From NCBI GenBank assembly GCA_036654655.1, contig JAVVRP010000005.1, positions 1 to 60,810 of the forward strand: a stretch of DNA of 60,810 bases. The letters are read 5' to 3'. Under the pieces are notes generated by a model. That model saw only the letters and a list, made by a program, of their open reading frames with translations. It made no database searches and had not been told where the DNA came from. Shown piece after piece: positions 51,563-60,810 of this stretch. Source of the DNA: Clostridia bacterium. GTDB lineage: Bacteria > Bacillota > Clostridia > Christensenellales > UBA1242. How positions within the stretch are numbered: position 1 is the first letter of the stretch; each line of letters starts with the position of its first letter. The position numbers were made by a program, and so were the translations under genes.

Positions 51563-51596
51563 TAAAAAAAACTGCTCTTAATAAGCAATTTTTTTT
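51563..51596 (-). terminator. Terminator between spoIIE and the paralog pair
   Basis: AATTGCTT-loop-GAGCAGTT with T-runs on both strands. Confidence 0.6.
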
Positions 51597-51608
51597 AATA
51601 TTATTTTT

Positions 51609-52622
51609 TTAAAGGATGTTATTTTCAATACTTGTTATTTTGGACTTTCCAGCATCCATTTCAAGTTGCCTTAATGTTTTAATTTCTACAATATTTCTTG
51701 TATAGCCATAACAGTCAACTGTTTCCACATTAATTGGTAACATTGTGCTTTCTATTTGCTCATTACTTAACCCGCATTTTTTTAACGAAACAATTTTGAT
51801 TTTGGCATCCAAAATAAGCATTTCCCTTATCTTTTTAACAAATCTGTTATCACTTACTCTTGCAATGCTTGGAGCAACTTTTTTGCCATTTGCAAACTTT
51901 ACAATAACAAAATTTTCTTTATCAACAGAAACTTTATCTTCTGGAATAATTTCTTTTAAAAACTGATTTTTAATTGTTTGAGAATGGCAATAAATGGAAG
52001 TTTTGTCGTTTTGAATTTGCAAGTTTGGGGCAACCAAAACTGTTTTGGAACAATTAAATGGCGCAAATTGTGAGTCTATTTTATTTGTAATTTTTGCAAG
52101 TTTTTGGATTTTGGGCTCACTATTTGCCGAATTTTGAGGTGTTTTATCTTCGTTTAACAAAGCAACAGACACTCTTAATTTTTGTTGCTTGTAATATAAT
52201 TCTTTTTGTTTATCGTTAAAATATGACATGTTAGAACAAGAATATGGAAGAATTCCCTCGTTTTGAAATTGTTGGGCATCACTAAGTTGTTTTAATGATT
52301 TTGCAGATTTTTGCATTATTAAATTTACATCGGATTTTGATAAATTTTGTTCTGCTCTGTTTGATAATTGATGTTCTGCAATCTTGGTTAAAAGTTCAAG
52401 ACCTTCTGCTCTTTTTTCATTATTGGAGATCCATTTTGATTTTGAATGTGCCGTTAACTCTATGCTTGCAACAGAAATTCCAACACCACCCGCAACTGTT
52501 AACAAACTCCACCATGGGCTAATTCCAACCGCGGAAGGAACAAATGCACACAACAAACCAATTAAAATTGGACCGCCAATTCTAATTGCTTTTAAAATTA
52601 TTTCTTTTTGTTTTTGTTTCAT
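51609..52622 (-). CDS. Hypothetical protein with N-terminal hydrophobic hairpin (paralog B)
   Basis: Two adjacent Gly-rich hydrophobic helices, then a soluble domain; ATGA overlap with the upstream gene. Confidence 0.85.
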   Translation of the reverse strand: MKQKQKEIILKAIRIGGPILIGLLCAFVPSAVGISPWWSLLTVAGGVGISVASIELTAHSKSKWISNNEKRAEGLELLTKIAEHQLSNRAEQNLSKSDVNLIMQKSAKSLKQLSDAQQFQNEGILPYSCSNMSYFNDKQKELYYKQQKLRVSVALLNEDKTPQNSANSEPKIQKLAKITNKIDSQFAPFNCSKTVLVAPNLQIQNDKTSIYCHSQTIKNQFLKEIIPEDKVSVDKENFVIVKFANGKKVAPSIARVSDNRFVKKIREMLILDAKIKIVSLKKCGLSNEQIESTMLPINVETVDCYGYTRNIVEIKTLRQLEMDAGKSKITSIENNIL

Positions 52623-53551
52623 TTATTTTCCATCCCTTTTTTTTCTTCTTTAAATATTTCATTATAAATTAAGTCAATTTTTTCCTGCTTTAATATTTTT
52701 ATTTCATTTATGTTTTTTAATTTTCCATTTAATAAAGTCACAGTAACTGGAAACGCATTTTGTGGAAGTGTTTTAAGGTCTTCAAACAAAATTTTAACAG
52801 CATTTTCTAAATTTTTTGGCTGAGAAACACTTACCATTAAACTTTTTGCATTGTTTGAACATTTTACTTGCGCAATATTTTCTTTGCCAGTTGTTGGTTC
52901 TTCATTGCTAAATTGTTTGATAAAATTTTGTTTTGACGTTGGACTACTTAACGCACAAAATGTTTTATCATTTGTTAAATAACCTTTATCAGTTTTTAAA
53001 TGTACTGGCTTTGAATATTGATTTTCTGCAAAAGTTTTCATAACATCTTGGCAATCGTTAAACTTGTTCTGTGCCAAGTTAATTGCTTTTTCTTTGCCTT
53101 TTTGTTTTGCTGTGTACAAATTGTATTCACAATCTTTATATTTTTTATAATTTTCCGTCTCGTTTTCTGTTGCTTCAAAAAATGGGATTGTTCTAACAAA
53201 AGGGCTGTTTCTTTTGAAAAAAACACATTTTTTAACGGTGTTAATTAAAGTTGCCTGATTTTGCGCCGAAATAACATTGACAAACTTTTCTGTTTTTAAA
53301 TCTTGATTTGTTAAATCATTTTCTGCTTTAACAATTTTGCTTTTTTTATAATTAGTTACGGCTTTAACAATGCCAACTCCGCTCCAATACAAAGCATTAA
53401 TTCCCCCGCCAACACCACAAACGCCATATAAAAATAATTCTTTAAAAATATTAAGTTGAACCAAATTTAACAATCCAGCACCAACAACAATGCCCGCAAT
53501 ACCCAACGTTATCCATGCAAGCAACGCTCCAATTTTTTGTGATTTTTTCAT
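52619..53551 (-). CDS. Hypothetical protein with N-terminal hydrophobic hairpin (paralog A)
   Basis: Two Gly-rich hydrophobic helices, then a soluble domain sharing NDKT/KEN/P.V motifs with paralog B. Confidence 0.85.
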   Translation of the reverse strand: MKKSQKIGALLAWITLGIAGIVVGAGLLNLVQLNIFKELFLYGVCGVGGGINALYWSGVGIVKAVTNYKKSKIVKAENDLTNQDLKTEKFVNVISAQNQATLINTVKKCVFFKRNSPFVRTIPFFEATENETENYKKYKDCEYNLYTAKQKGKEKAINLAQNKFNDCQDVMKTFAENQYSKPVHLKTDKGYLTNDKTFCALSSPTSKQNFIKQFSNEEPTTGKENIAQVKCSNNAKSLMVSVSQPKNLENAVKILFEDLKTLPQNAFPVTVTLLNGKLKNINEIKILKQEKIDLIYNEIFKEEKKGMENK

Positions 53552-53572
53552 TTTAACCCCTATTTTACATTT

Positions 53573-53601
53573 ATGCTAACACAAATAACACATTTTGTCA
53601 A
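53573..53601 (-). promoter_or_regulatory. sigma-A promoter of the paralog pair
   Basis: TTGACA-N17-TAGCAT with TGn. Confidence 0.6.
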
Positions 53602-53677
53602 TATGTGGCTAATGCATACCATTAACATAAAAACAAAATATACAAATTTTGTTTAAAAGTTAAAATTTAGGTTTAAT

Positions 53678-54064
53678 TTACTTTTTTTTTGTTGTTTTAA
53701 TGTGTTTTGGACATTCTATTTGAGATGTGTTTTTTGCATCTTTCCATAGTTTTTCCAATGTATATTTTTCTCGTTTTTCGGGCGTAAAAATATGAATCAT
53801 AAAGTCGGAACAATCTAAAATAACCCATTCTGCTTTGCAAAGTCCTTCTGTTGTAAGTGGTTTAATTTGAATTTTATGCAAATTTTGCAACAATGTTTCA
53901 CAAAGTTTTTTTGCGTGTAATGAATTATTGGCAGAAGACAAAAGCAAAAACTTTGTCTGATTTGTTTTTTCGCAAACATCCAAAATTTCAACGTTAAAAG
54001 CACCATTATCCACAATGCACTTTCCTAATTCGGTTACAATGTTTTGCAGTTCGCTTTTTTCCAT
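53678..54064 (-). CDS. rsfS: Ribosome silencing factor RsfS (Iojap)
   Basis: ILDV, EG...EWVILDCSDFMIHIF..EKREKYTLEKLW. Confidence 0.93.
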   Translation of the reverse strand: MEKSELQNIVTELGKCIVDNGAFNVEILDVCEKTNQTKFLLLSSANNSLHAKKLCETLLQNLHKIQIKPLTTEGLCKAEWVILDCSDFMIHIFTPEKREKYTLEKLWKDAKNTSQIECPKHIKTTKKK

Positions 54065-54129
54065 TTTTTACTCCATGTGTGTATTGTATCACATTTTAAA
54101 ACATTTTAGCAATATTTAAAAAATTACTT

Positions 54130-57100
54130 TTAAGATATAACGTCCGGAGATTTGTTGGATAGTTTTTCTATTATTTCATATTTTCGTTTGCGATAAATTA
54201 TGTAAGCAGTTGTAAGCAAAATTAAAATTAATGCTATTCCGCCACAAACACACCCAATAATTATGCCCGCACTGTTGGTTATAATAAACGTTGCGTTTGG
54301 CCCTAAACTTCCAAACAATCCACCCAAGTGCAACTCGTCATAAGATTCAAATAAGAAAATATTTTTTCTGGATTTGTTTCCAAGTTCAAACACACCATTA
54401 AAATTGTGTTCTGGCGTTCCTATTGGAACCCAAAACTTTTCTTTTAAATCTATGTTCATTTCAACCTTATACCATGCCTCGGCATAATTAACTTTGCCAA
54501 TTTCTTCAACATTTGCATTGTCTATTGTTTTTCCATTATTTATTAAAAATGCCATTGCAGAAAATTCGTTATTTGTTGAAATTATATAAGGATCGTTTTT
54601 TGTGCCAGTTCCATTAAACATTTGCCAACTATCAGTCCAAATAAGCCTTTTAAACGATGCTGTAATTTGATTTAACACATTTTCGTTAAGCAATTTGAAA
54701 ATATTTTCACTGGAAAGTGTTATCATCTTGGTTTCAATTAGGCTGGCAATAATTTTGCCATTAAGTGAAATATCAACAACTGTATGTCTGCTTGTTGGCC
54801 TTGCCTGAACAGAAAAGTCTTGTAAATAAGAATATGTTTTTACTTTTGAAGGATTGGACATATTGTCCACGCCAATAAATATTGAACCCATTGAATTTGA
54901 ATTAGAAGTAAACGTAAAGGAGTATTCAATTGGAATAAATTCTGGCGTTAGGGTTAAGCCCGTTAAATCTATTGGTTGAACCACATATGTTGCAACTTTG
55001 CCTGTTTCCATCAGCCATCCAGTTTGATTGCCAACCCAACCACTTTGATTGTACCCTTGATTTAAACTAAATGTAAACGTTAATCTGTCTTCTATAAAAG
55101 TGTTATATATTGCTTCGTTATTATTGTACACAAGTGTAACGCCTTTAACTTTAAGAACATAGCCATGTTCACCTTTTGTAAACTTAACAACAGATGGCAA
55201 CCCTTCAAAAACTGCCGTGTACACAATTGGAGATTCTCCAATTGTTATTGTATAATTTGCATCTGTGCTAACATATTCAGTTCCACCATTAATAATCCAT
55301 CCTTTAAAGGCGTAACCTGCGTATGGCTTTGCACTTAAACTAATTTGCGTGCCTGTTAAATAAAACTCACTTGCAGATGAAACATCAACAAAATTATCGT
55401 AACTTATTGTGCCACGTGAAGAATAATTAACATTCACAGTTGTTTTAACAAGATACACAAGTTCTATCGTAATTTTGTCACTTGGCATAACAAAACTTAT
55501 TTTTAAATTTTGTCCAGTTTGAATTGGATCAACAACGTTTGCCTTGTAAATTTTGTAACCAGCATATTTATAACCTATTTTATTTTCAGGAACCTCAATT
55601 TCCACCAAACTGCCAATATCATAACTTACCTGATTGGTGTCATAGTTAAATCTCATTCCATAGGTTTGAGTAAAGAAAGCACGTTGATTTTGAACTGATT
55701 GTGCGCCATGTGGAAAAAACTGTACTTCAACAACTGGTGTTGCAATTTGCCATCTTGCATACAACTCCACATTGTTATCCACGCTTTGTAAGTTTCCAGA
55801 CATTTCATTTCCAAAGCCTTTCCAACCAAAAATACGTTCGCCTGCATACAAAGTGTAAAGAGCACTTGTTTCGTCCACAAAATATCTTTGGTCATTAACA
55901 ACACTGTTTGCATATTCGCTCCATCCAAGGAAATTGTAATTTTGTCTGGAAATATATTTTATTAAATTTTCGTTTACATAATCGCCACCATAATCCGGAT
56001 ACATTTCGCCATATCCAATTTGTGCAACAACATTTGATGGAGAACCAACATAGTTAAACACAAAATTAAGGGTTATTTTTTTTGCAATAACAAATATATT
56101 AATTTCCCCAACAGCCTCTGTTTCTATTTGAATTATGGACTGACCAACATCTCCGCTTTGTGAATATGTTGGAGCAGTTACAAACTTGTAAAGGCCATTT
56201 GCAACATCAAATGTATGCCCTTGTATAATTGTTTCAATTTTAATTATAGCATTTGTTTGAACAACCAGTTTTAATGTTGTGTTAAATCCGCTGTCCGGAA
56301 TTGTGGTTACTATTTTTTTAATGCCTTCACTGCTTCCTTCGCAACGCATTTTAACCAAATTGCTTAATTCTATAACTTGCAATGTTGCCAAATTTTTAAA
56401 CTGTAAAACAATTTCTCTGGTTTTTGCAACAATTAAAAGCGTTAGCGATTGTGATTGTGTGAATCCAGAATATTCTAATAAAATTGTGCTTTGTGACCTT
56501 GTTATAATTTTAACAAAGCCTTCCAAACTGCTTGAATTTTCAGCCCAATCATATCCTTGTGGAAGTGTTAACTCAAAACGTATTGGCGTGCCTGTTTTTG
56601 TTAAAAATGGCAAAAATTTAACATTATTTAAATCAACGCCAACAACCCCAGAACTTGTTCCTTCCATAGGCACAAACTTTAAATTACTGCAATAATCCCA
56701 TGTTATATTTGTAATTCTGTCCTCTTGCCTAACAACAGCAGAAACATTAATAGTTAAATCATCAGCCTCAAAAACAGCATTAAATTTTAAATTCTGTGTT
56801 ACATTTTGAAGTTTTTCAAACATGTTTTCAAACAATATATCCGTTGCAATTTTTCCATCTATCTGTTGCCATTTGTTAAAGTGATATCCCGCGTTAGGAA
56901 GAGTTAAAATTGTAACATTATCAATTATTTGCTCTTGCGTTAAAAGTGCATTTTCAAACTTTACATAATAGAACAGCGATTTTTTAAATTGGCAATCGGT
57001 TATGTTTTTTCCAACTGCAACATGGCCATTTTCTCCTGCTGTTATATTTATTTCAAATTCAGCACGCTCAAAAATTACAGTCAACGTTATATTTGTTGTT

Positions 57101-60100
57101 AAATAAAAACTTATTTCATTTTCGGTTTTAGACTTAACAATTTGTTCTTTTTCTTGTAAATAAAGTTTTCTGCCTTCTACTTCAAACTCAAAATTGCTTA
57201 CTTTCCAACCGTGCTTTAAAAGTATAGACGCATTTATAACATCGTACATTCTGCCATTTGTTGCAGATAATGTTATTGTTGCAAATTCACCAATGTTTCC
57301 ATTAATATCAACTTGTTTTGATGAAACATTAAACACAGATGACACAAATTTAAGTGCTAGTGTGCAATCATTTGTTATTCCTGAAATTGTGATCTTGCAG
57401 TTTTGCAATGTTCCTGATTGGTCAAATATAATTGAAACGCCCAAAGGAAGCACCCAATTTTGAATTGTTTTGTCAATTTCAAATCCTGAGGTTGCATTTA
57501 ACATTAAAACAATATCTTCGCCTGTTTTTGTTAAAATATTTTTATTTGTTAATCTTATCTCATTTTGATAATTAAATGTTCCTTTTATCAACAGTTCACC
57601 GTTTGGTTTTGTGAAAGTATCGCATATTAAATGAACATTACTAACACGAGGAACAAAAATAATTGTAATGGAAACATTTGAAATAAAGTTAGAAAGCGTT
57701 CTTACATTCATTTTGTTATCACCGCTAAGTGTTGCTGTTTGTGTTGTTGAAACAACCCAATTTTCAACAACATAACCCGCCACTGGAATTGCAGTTATTT
57801 CAAGTAAGTTTCCACTTAATTCTATTATTTCAATGCTTTGGCCAGTTTTTGACTTTGCAGAAACTGTTCCAAAACTTTGATTATTGGAACTGATTGTTAT
57901 TGTGTTTTGCTTTCCTATGCAACTTGCAATTATTTTGCAATCACCATATGATGTATGATCCGCCATAACATATGTGTAATTTTCATTTGTGGAAAGGCTT
58001 TGCCCGTTTCTGGACCATTTATCTAAATTAAACCCACCAACAACAACCGCAGTAAGTTTTATGCTCTGTGTTGTTAACACGTTAAATGTAATGGTTGTTT
58101 TGTTATACTGCATGTTTGAAATCATTTCACCATTTTTTGTTAAACAAGCATTAAAGTTAAGGTGCATTGCAGAAGAACTTTCAATTATTATTGTATAACT
58201 TTTTTCTGTCCATATTGCAGTTAGCAACATATCATAAGCAAAGTTCCAAACTTCACCAACATTTATTTTTTCGCCATTCCAATAAGCAAATTCGTATCCA
58301 TTTTTTAATGGAATTGGAAATTGATTAATAACAGTTTTTCCATAAACAAAAACTTTTGATAGTTGCTTAATTGTTGTGTTGTCACCGTTAACAACACTTT
58401 CACTTATTGCCCAACCTGGATAATTTACTCTGCACGCTTCTTCGACAAAAACAGTTTTATATGTACCCCAATCGCCTTTAATTCCAATCAAATTTGAAAA
58501 ATCATCTGCATTTAGTTTTAAAGTGTAACTTGCGTTGTCAAACACTGCATGCAATAAAACATCGCCTCTGCAATCCCAAACACTTGGCAATTCATATTTA
58601 GTTCCATTTTGCACAGATGACCAAAATTTAAACACATATCCAGTTTTTTGCAATGTTGGCAAATTGGGCAATTTTTGCTCTACAACAAACTCTTTAAAAT
58701 AATTGCCATTCAAATATGTCCAACCATCAAAATTAATTATTGTTGAACCGTCTGGCACATTAAGCGTTATTATTTGCCTGATCAGTGCAAAATTTGCCTT
58801 TATGTTTGTTGTTAAGGCACCAATTATAATTTCTGTTACAACTTTGTTATTTGCCAAAAAGTTTTGAAACAAATACCCTTTTTCTTCTGTAACAACAATA
58901 GTTGGTTCACTTAGCACAATTTTGCTTCCATAGTCAAACTCTTTAAATTTTGCCCCGCCAGCAAACTCAACCAAATTTTGTGGCTGAGTTAAAGAATTAA
59001 CGTTTTCTTCTGAAACAACGCTCAAATTTACTGTAAATTGCTTTATTATCCAAATTGCATACGCTGTTTGACTTGTTGCAATTACATTGTTATTCAACGT
59101 CCATGTTGTGTCATCTATAATTGTTGTTGCCAATAATTTTGTGCCGTTTTCAAATTGCCAACCATCAAATATATATCCTTCGTGGGTTGGAGTTGGAAGA
59201 TTTGTTGATGACAAATTTTTTAAATATGTAACTTTAACTTCTTTTACCATTTCACCCGAAATCAATCCACCATTAATAATGGTTGTTTCTTTGTAATCAA
59301 ACATAATTAAAACGTCTAAATCTGCAATCACTCCTTGAACGCTATTTACAAAATAATTGTCTTTATCCACTCCTGCCAACGTAAATGCCACGTTATGCGT
59401 ACCAACATTTTCATTTGCATAACGCCCTTCAAAAGTAACAATGTCTTGTGCAACAACATTGGTTAAATTTAAATTTTTAATATCAACAAGGTTTGTTTTA
59501 TCATACTTTTTAAAAATTTCTCCAACAACATGTAATTCTTTTTTGGTTATTTCATACTTTGGCATATTTTTAAGTGTTGCATTAACATTTTCACTTGTTT
59601 TGGAAGAGTTTATAACCACATTATAAATTTTTGCAATTAAATTGCCAGAAGTTGATTGGTTGTTTGCATTAATTTGTAGCATTAATTGAGTTGAAGTTTG
59701 TAACAAATTTTTAAAATCCGCTAAATACGCACTGCCATAATTGGTTAAAATTATATTTTCATCAACAACATTAATTGTGATTGAGTGTGAAATATTATGG
59801 TTATCTCCATAAACTCCCAACTGTGTTAAAGAAGTTACTTCAATATCAATTTTTTTAATTTTTCCTGCATATGTTCCACAAAATTCAAAATTTGGATCTA
59901 CAAACTTAACATTAATTACATTATCTCCAACATTGCTTGAAGCATACGATAAAATTATTTTTCTGGAAATTTGCGTTACAAGATTTTGTGGAAGTTGGTT
60001 TTTAACAGTGGTGTCAAATTCACAAATTTGATAATCACTTATTACATTTGTGGAGTTATCAAAAGTTTTATCCCATGTTTTAACTGGTTTAAGCCCAAAC

Positions 60101-60810
60101 TTACATTTTGTTATCTCCAACTGCGTACAACTTGAAATTAAAATTCCATCAAAATTGCTATCTAGCGTTACAGCAGAATAGTTGTATTTTTTAACATCCA
60201 TTCCTTTGTACATTATTGTTCCCCAAACTTCTTGATTTGTTAATTCGTTGTAAGAACCAACAACTTCACCAGTGCTGTTTGTTATTGTTTTATTTCTTAA
60301 CAAATTAAACGTTTTTGTTTGCTCATAGCCTGTGTAAACCCAAGATAGTCCGTTTGTAAATGCTATTGAAATATCTAATATTTTGCTGTCCTTAATTATA
60401 ACAAATGCTTTTATTGCGCTAACGGTTAATAAGTAGTTTTCATTGCTATAACCATTTAAAAGAACAAGATTGTATTCCCCAACATCTTCTTTTTTATTTG
60501 AATCCCTCATTAAATTAATTTCAATATTTTTATTGTGTACTGTTGTGTAAACATACACAAAATTTGGGTTTTCTGTGCCAAAAGTTTTTGAAAATGTTCT
60601 TTCTGGAATGTTAATGTTATTTAAATTGTATTTTGTTATTCCAAATTCAATTAAATTTTCACCAAAGAATTCATAGTTATTTAATACATTTGCTAGAAAA
60701 TTTACCACAACCTTATAATAACCTGCATTAACAATTTCTAAAATTTCAGCATATGTGTTGTTTTGTTCACTCTTGTAATAATTTGTTGTTACAAGCAAAC
60801 TTGTTAGTTG
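54130..60810 (-). CDS. Giant multi-repeat surface protein (MBG-, YDG-, InlB B-repeat- and GLUG-like modules; C-terminal TM anchor), 5'-truncated by the window
   Basis: Frame open to the window end; SKTFGTENP..EDVGEY (MBG-like), KKYDKT..NVGTH..LAGVDKDNY (YDG-like), LPTPTHEGYIFDGW repeats, GTGTKNDPYII, C-terminal TM followed by RKRK. Confidence 0.88.
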   Translation of the reverse strand, partial: QLTSLLVTTNYYKSEQNNTYAEILEIVNAGYYKVVVNFLANVLNNYEFFGENLIEFGITKYNLNNINIPERTFSKTFGTENPNFVYVYTTVHNKNIEINLMRDSNKKEDVGEYNLVLLNGYSNENYLLTVSAIKAFVIIKDSKILDISIAFTNGLSWVYTGYEQTKTFNLLRNKTITNSTGEVVGSYNELTNQEVWGTIMYKGMDVKKYNYSAVTLDSNFDGILISSCTQLEITKCKFGLKPVKTWDKTFDNSTNVISDYQICEFDTTVKNQLPQNLVTQISRKIILSYASSNVGDNVINVKFVDPNFEFCGTYAGKIKKIDIEVTSLTQLGVYGDNHNISHSITINVVDENIILTNYGSAYLADFKNLLQTSTQLMLQINANNQSTSGNLIAKIYNVVINSSKTSENVNATLKNMPKYEITKKELHVVGEIFKKYDKTNLVDIKNLNLTNVVAQDIVTFEGRYANENVGTHNVAFTLAGVDKDNYFVNSVQGVIADLDVLIMFDYKETTIINGGLISGEMVKEVKVTYLKNLSSTNLPTPTHEGYIFDGWQFENGTKLLATTIIDDTTWTLNNNVIATSQTAYAIWIIKQFTVNLSVVSEENVNSLTQPQNLVEFAGGAKFKEFDYGSKIVLSEPTIVVTEEKGYLFQNFLANNKVVTEIIIGALTTNIKANFALIRQIITLNVPDGSTIINFDGWTYLNGNYFKEFVVEQKLPNLPTLQKTGYVFKFWSSVQNGTKYELPSVWDCRGDVLLHAVFDNASYTLKLNADDFSNLIGIKGDWGTYKTVFVEEACRVNYPGWAISESVVNGDNTTIKQLSKVFVYGKTVINQFPIPLKNGYEFAYWNGEKINVGEVWNFAYDMLLTAIWTEKSYTIIIESSSAMHLNFNACLTKNGEMISNMQYNKTTITFNVLTTQSIKLTAVVVGGFNLDKWSRNGQSLSTNENYTYVMADHTSYGDCKIIASCIGKQNTITISSNNQSFGTVSAKSKTGQSIEIIELSGNLLEITAIPVAGYVVENWVVSTTQTATLSGDNKMNVRTLSNFISNVSITIIFVPRVSNVHLICDTFTKPNGELLIKGTFNYQNEIRLTNKNILTKTGEDIVLMLNATSGFEIDKTIQNWVLPLGVSIIFDQSGTLQNCKITISGITNDCTLALKFVSSVFNVSSKQVDINGNIGEFATITLSATNGRMYDVINASILLKHGWKVSNFEFEVEGRKLYLQEKEQIVKSKTENEISFYLTTNITLTVIFERAEFEINITAGENGHVAVGKNITDCQFKKSLFYYVKFENALLTQEQIIDNVTILTLPNAGYHFNKWQQIDGKIATDILFENMFEKLQNVTQNLKFNAVFEADDLTINVSAVVRQEDRITNITWDYCSNLKFVPMEGTSSGVVGVDLNNVKFLPFLTKTGTPIRFELTLPQGYDWAENSSSLEGFVKIITRSQSTILLEYSGFTQSQSLTLLIVAKTREIVLQFKNLATLQVIELSNLVKMRCEGSSEGIKKIVTTIPDSGFNTTLKLVVQTNAIIKIETIIQGHTFDVANGLYKFVTAPTYSQSGDVGQSIIQIETEAVGEINIFVIAKKITLNFVFNYVGSPSNVVAQIGYGEMYPDYGGDYVNENLIKYISRQNYNFLGWSEYANSVVNDQRYFVDETSALYTLYAGERIFGWKGFGNEMSGNLQSVDNNVELYARWQIATPVVEVQFFPHGAQSVQNQRAFFTQTYGMRFNYDTNQVSYDIGSLVEIEVPENKIGYKYAGYKIYKANVVDPIQTGQNLKISFVMPSDKITIELVYLVKTTVNVNYSSRGTISYDNFVDVSSASEFYLTGTQISLSAKPYAGYAFKGWIINGGTEYVSTDANYTITIGESPIVYTAVFEGLPSVVKFTKGEHGYVLKVKGVTLVYNNNEAIYNTFIEDRLTFTFSLNQGYNQSGWVGNQTGWLMETGKVATYVVQPIDLTGLTLTPEFIPIEYSFTFTSNSNSMGSIFIGVDNMSNPSKVKTYSYLQDFSVQARPTSRHTVVDISLNGKIIASLIETKMITLSSENIFKLLNENVLNQITASFKRLIWTDSWQMFNGTGTKNDPYIISTNNEFSAMAFLINNGKTIDNANVEEIGKVNYAEAWYKVEMNIDLKEKFWVPIGTPEHNFNGVFELGNKSRKNIFLFESYDELHLGGLFGSLGPNATFIITNSAGIIIGCVCGGIALILILLTTAYIIYRKRKYEIIEKLSNKSPDVIS

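Overview
Low-GC (about 30%) Firmicute chromosome segment, most likely an uncultured spore-forming Clostridia lineage (inferred from spoIIE, veg, Zn-type S4/S14/L33/L36 and long L17/L22). Most genes lie on the - strand, probably the leading strand. Core content: groES-groEL, class II fba, the complete S10-spc-alpha ribosomal superoperon (rpsJ to rplQ), rpmG-secE-nusG-rplK-rplA, veg, cls, tilS, spoIIE and rsfS. The usual neighbours of several of these are missing: no rplJL-rpoBC-str block, no hpt/ftsH, no nadD/yqeK. Between the core genes sit a solitary PrgI/VirB3-VirB4 fusion ATPase directly behind rplQ with no other conjugation or mobility genes, two giant surface proteins (3343 aa and >2226 aa), and several orphan coiled-coil or hydrophobic-hairpin proteins with their own near-consensus sigma-A promoters. 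These include a divergent paralogous pair and a repeat-rich Inc-like protein with tandem IKYDxL motifs. My best hypothesis (inference) is a domesticated, dispersed type IV secretion system with scattered effectors in a host-associated, genome-reduced clostridium. Other oddities: a rewritten conserved uS3 motif, near-absence of CGG codons, and groESL without CIRCE or a GGM tail. No rRNA, tRNA, CRISPR, integrase or transposase was seen.
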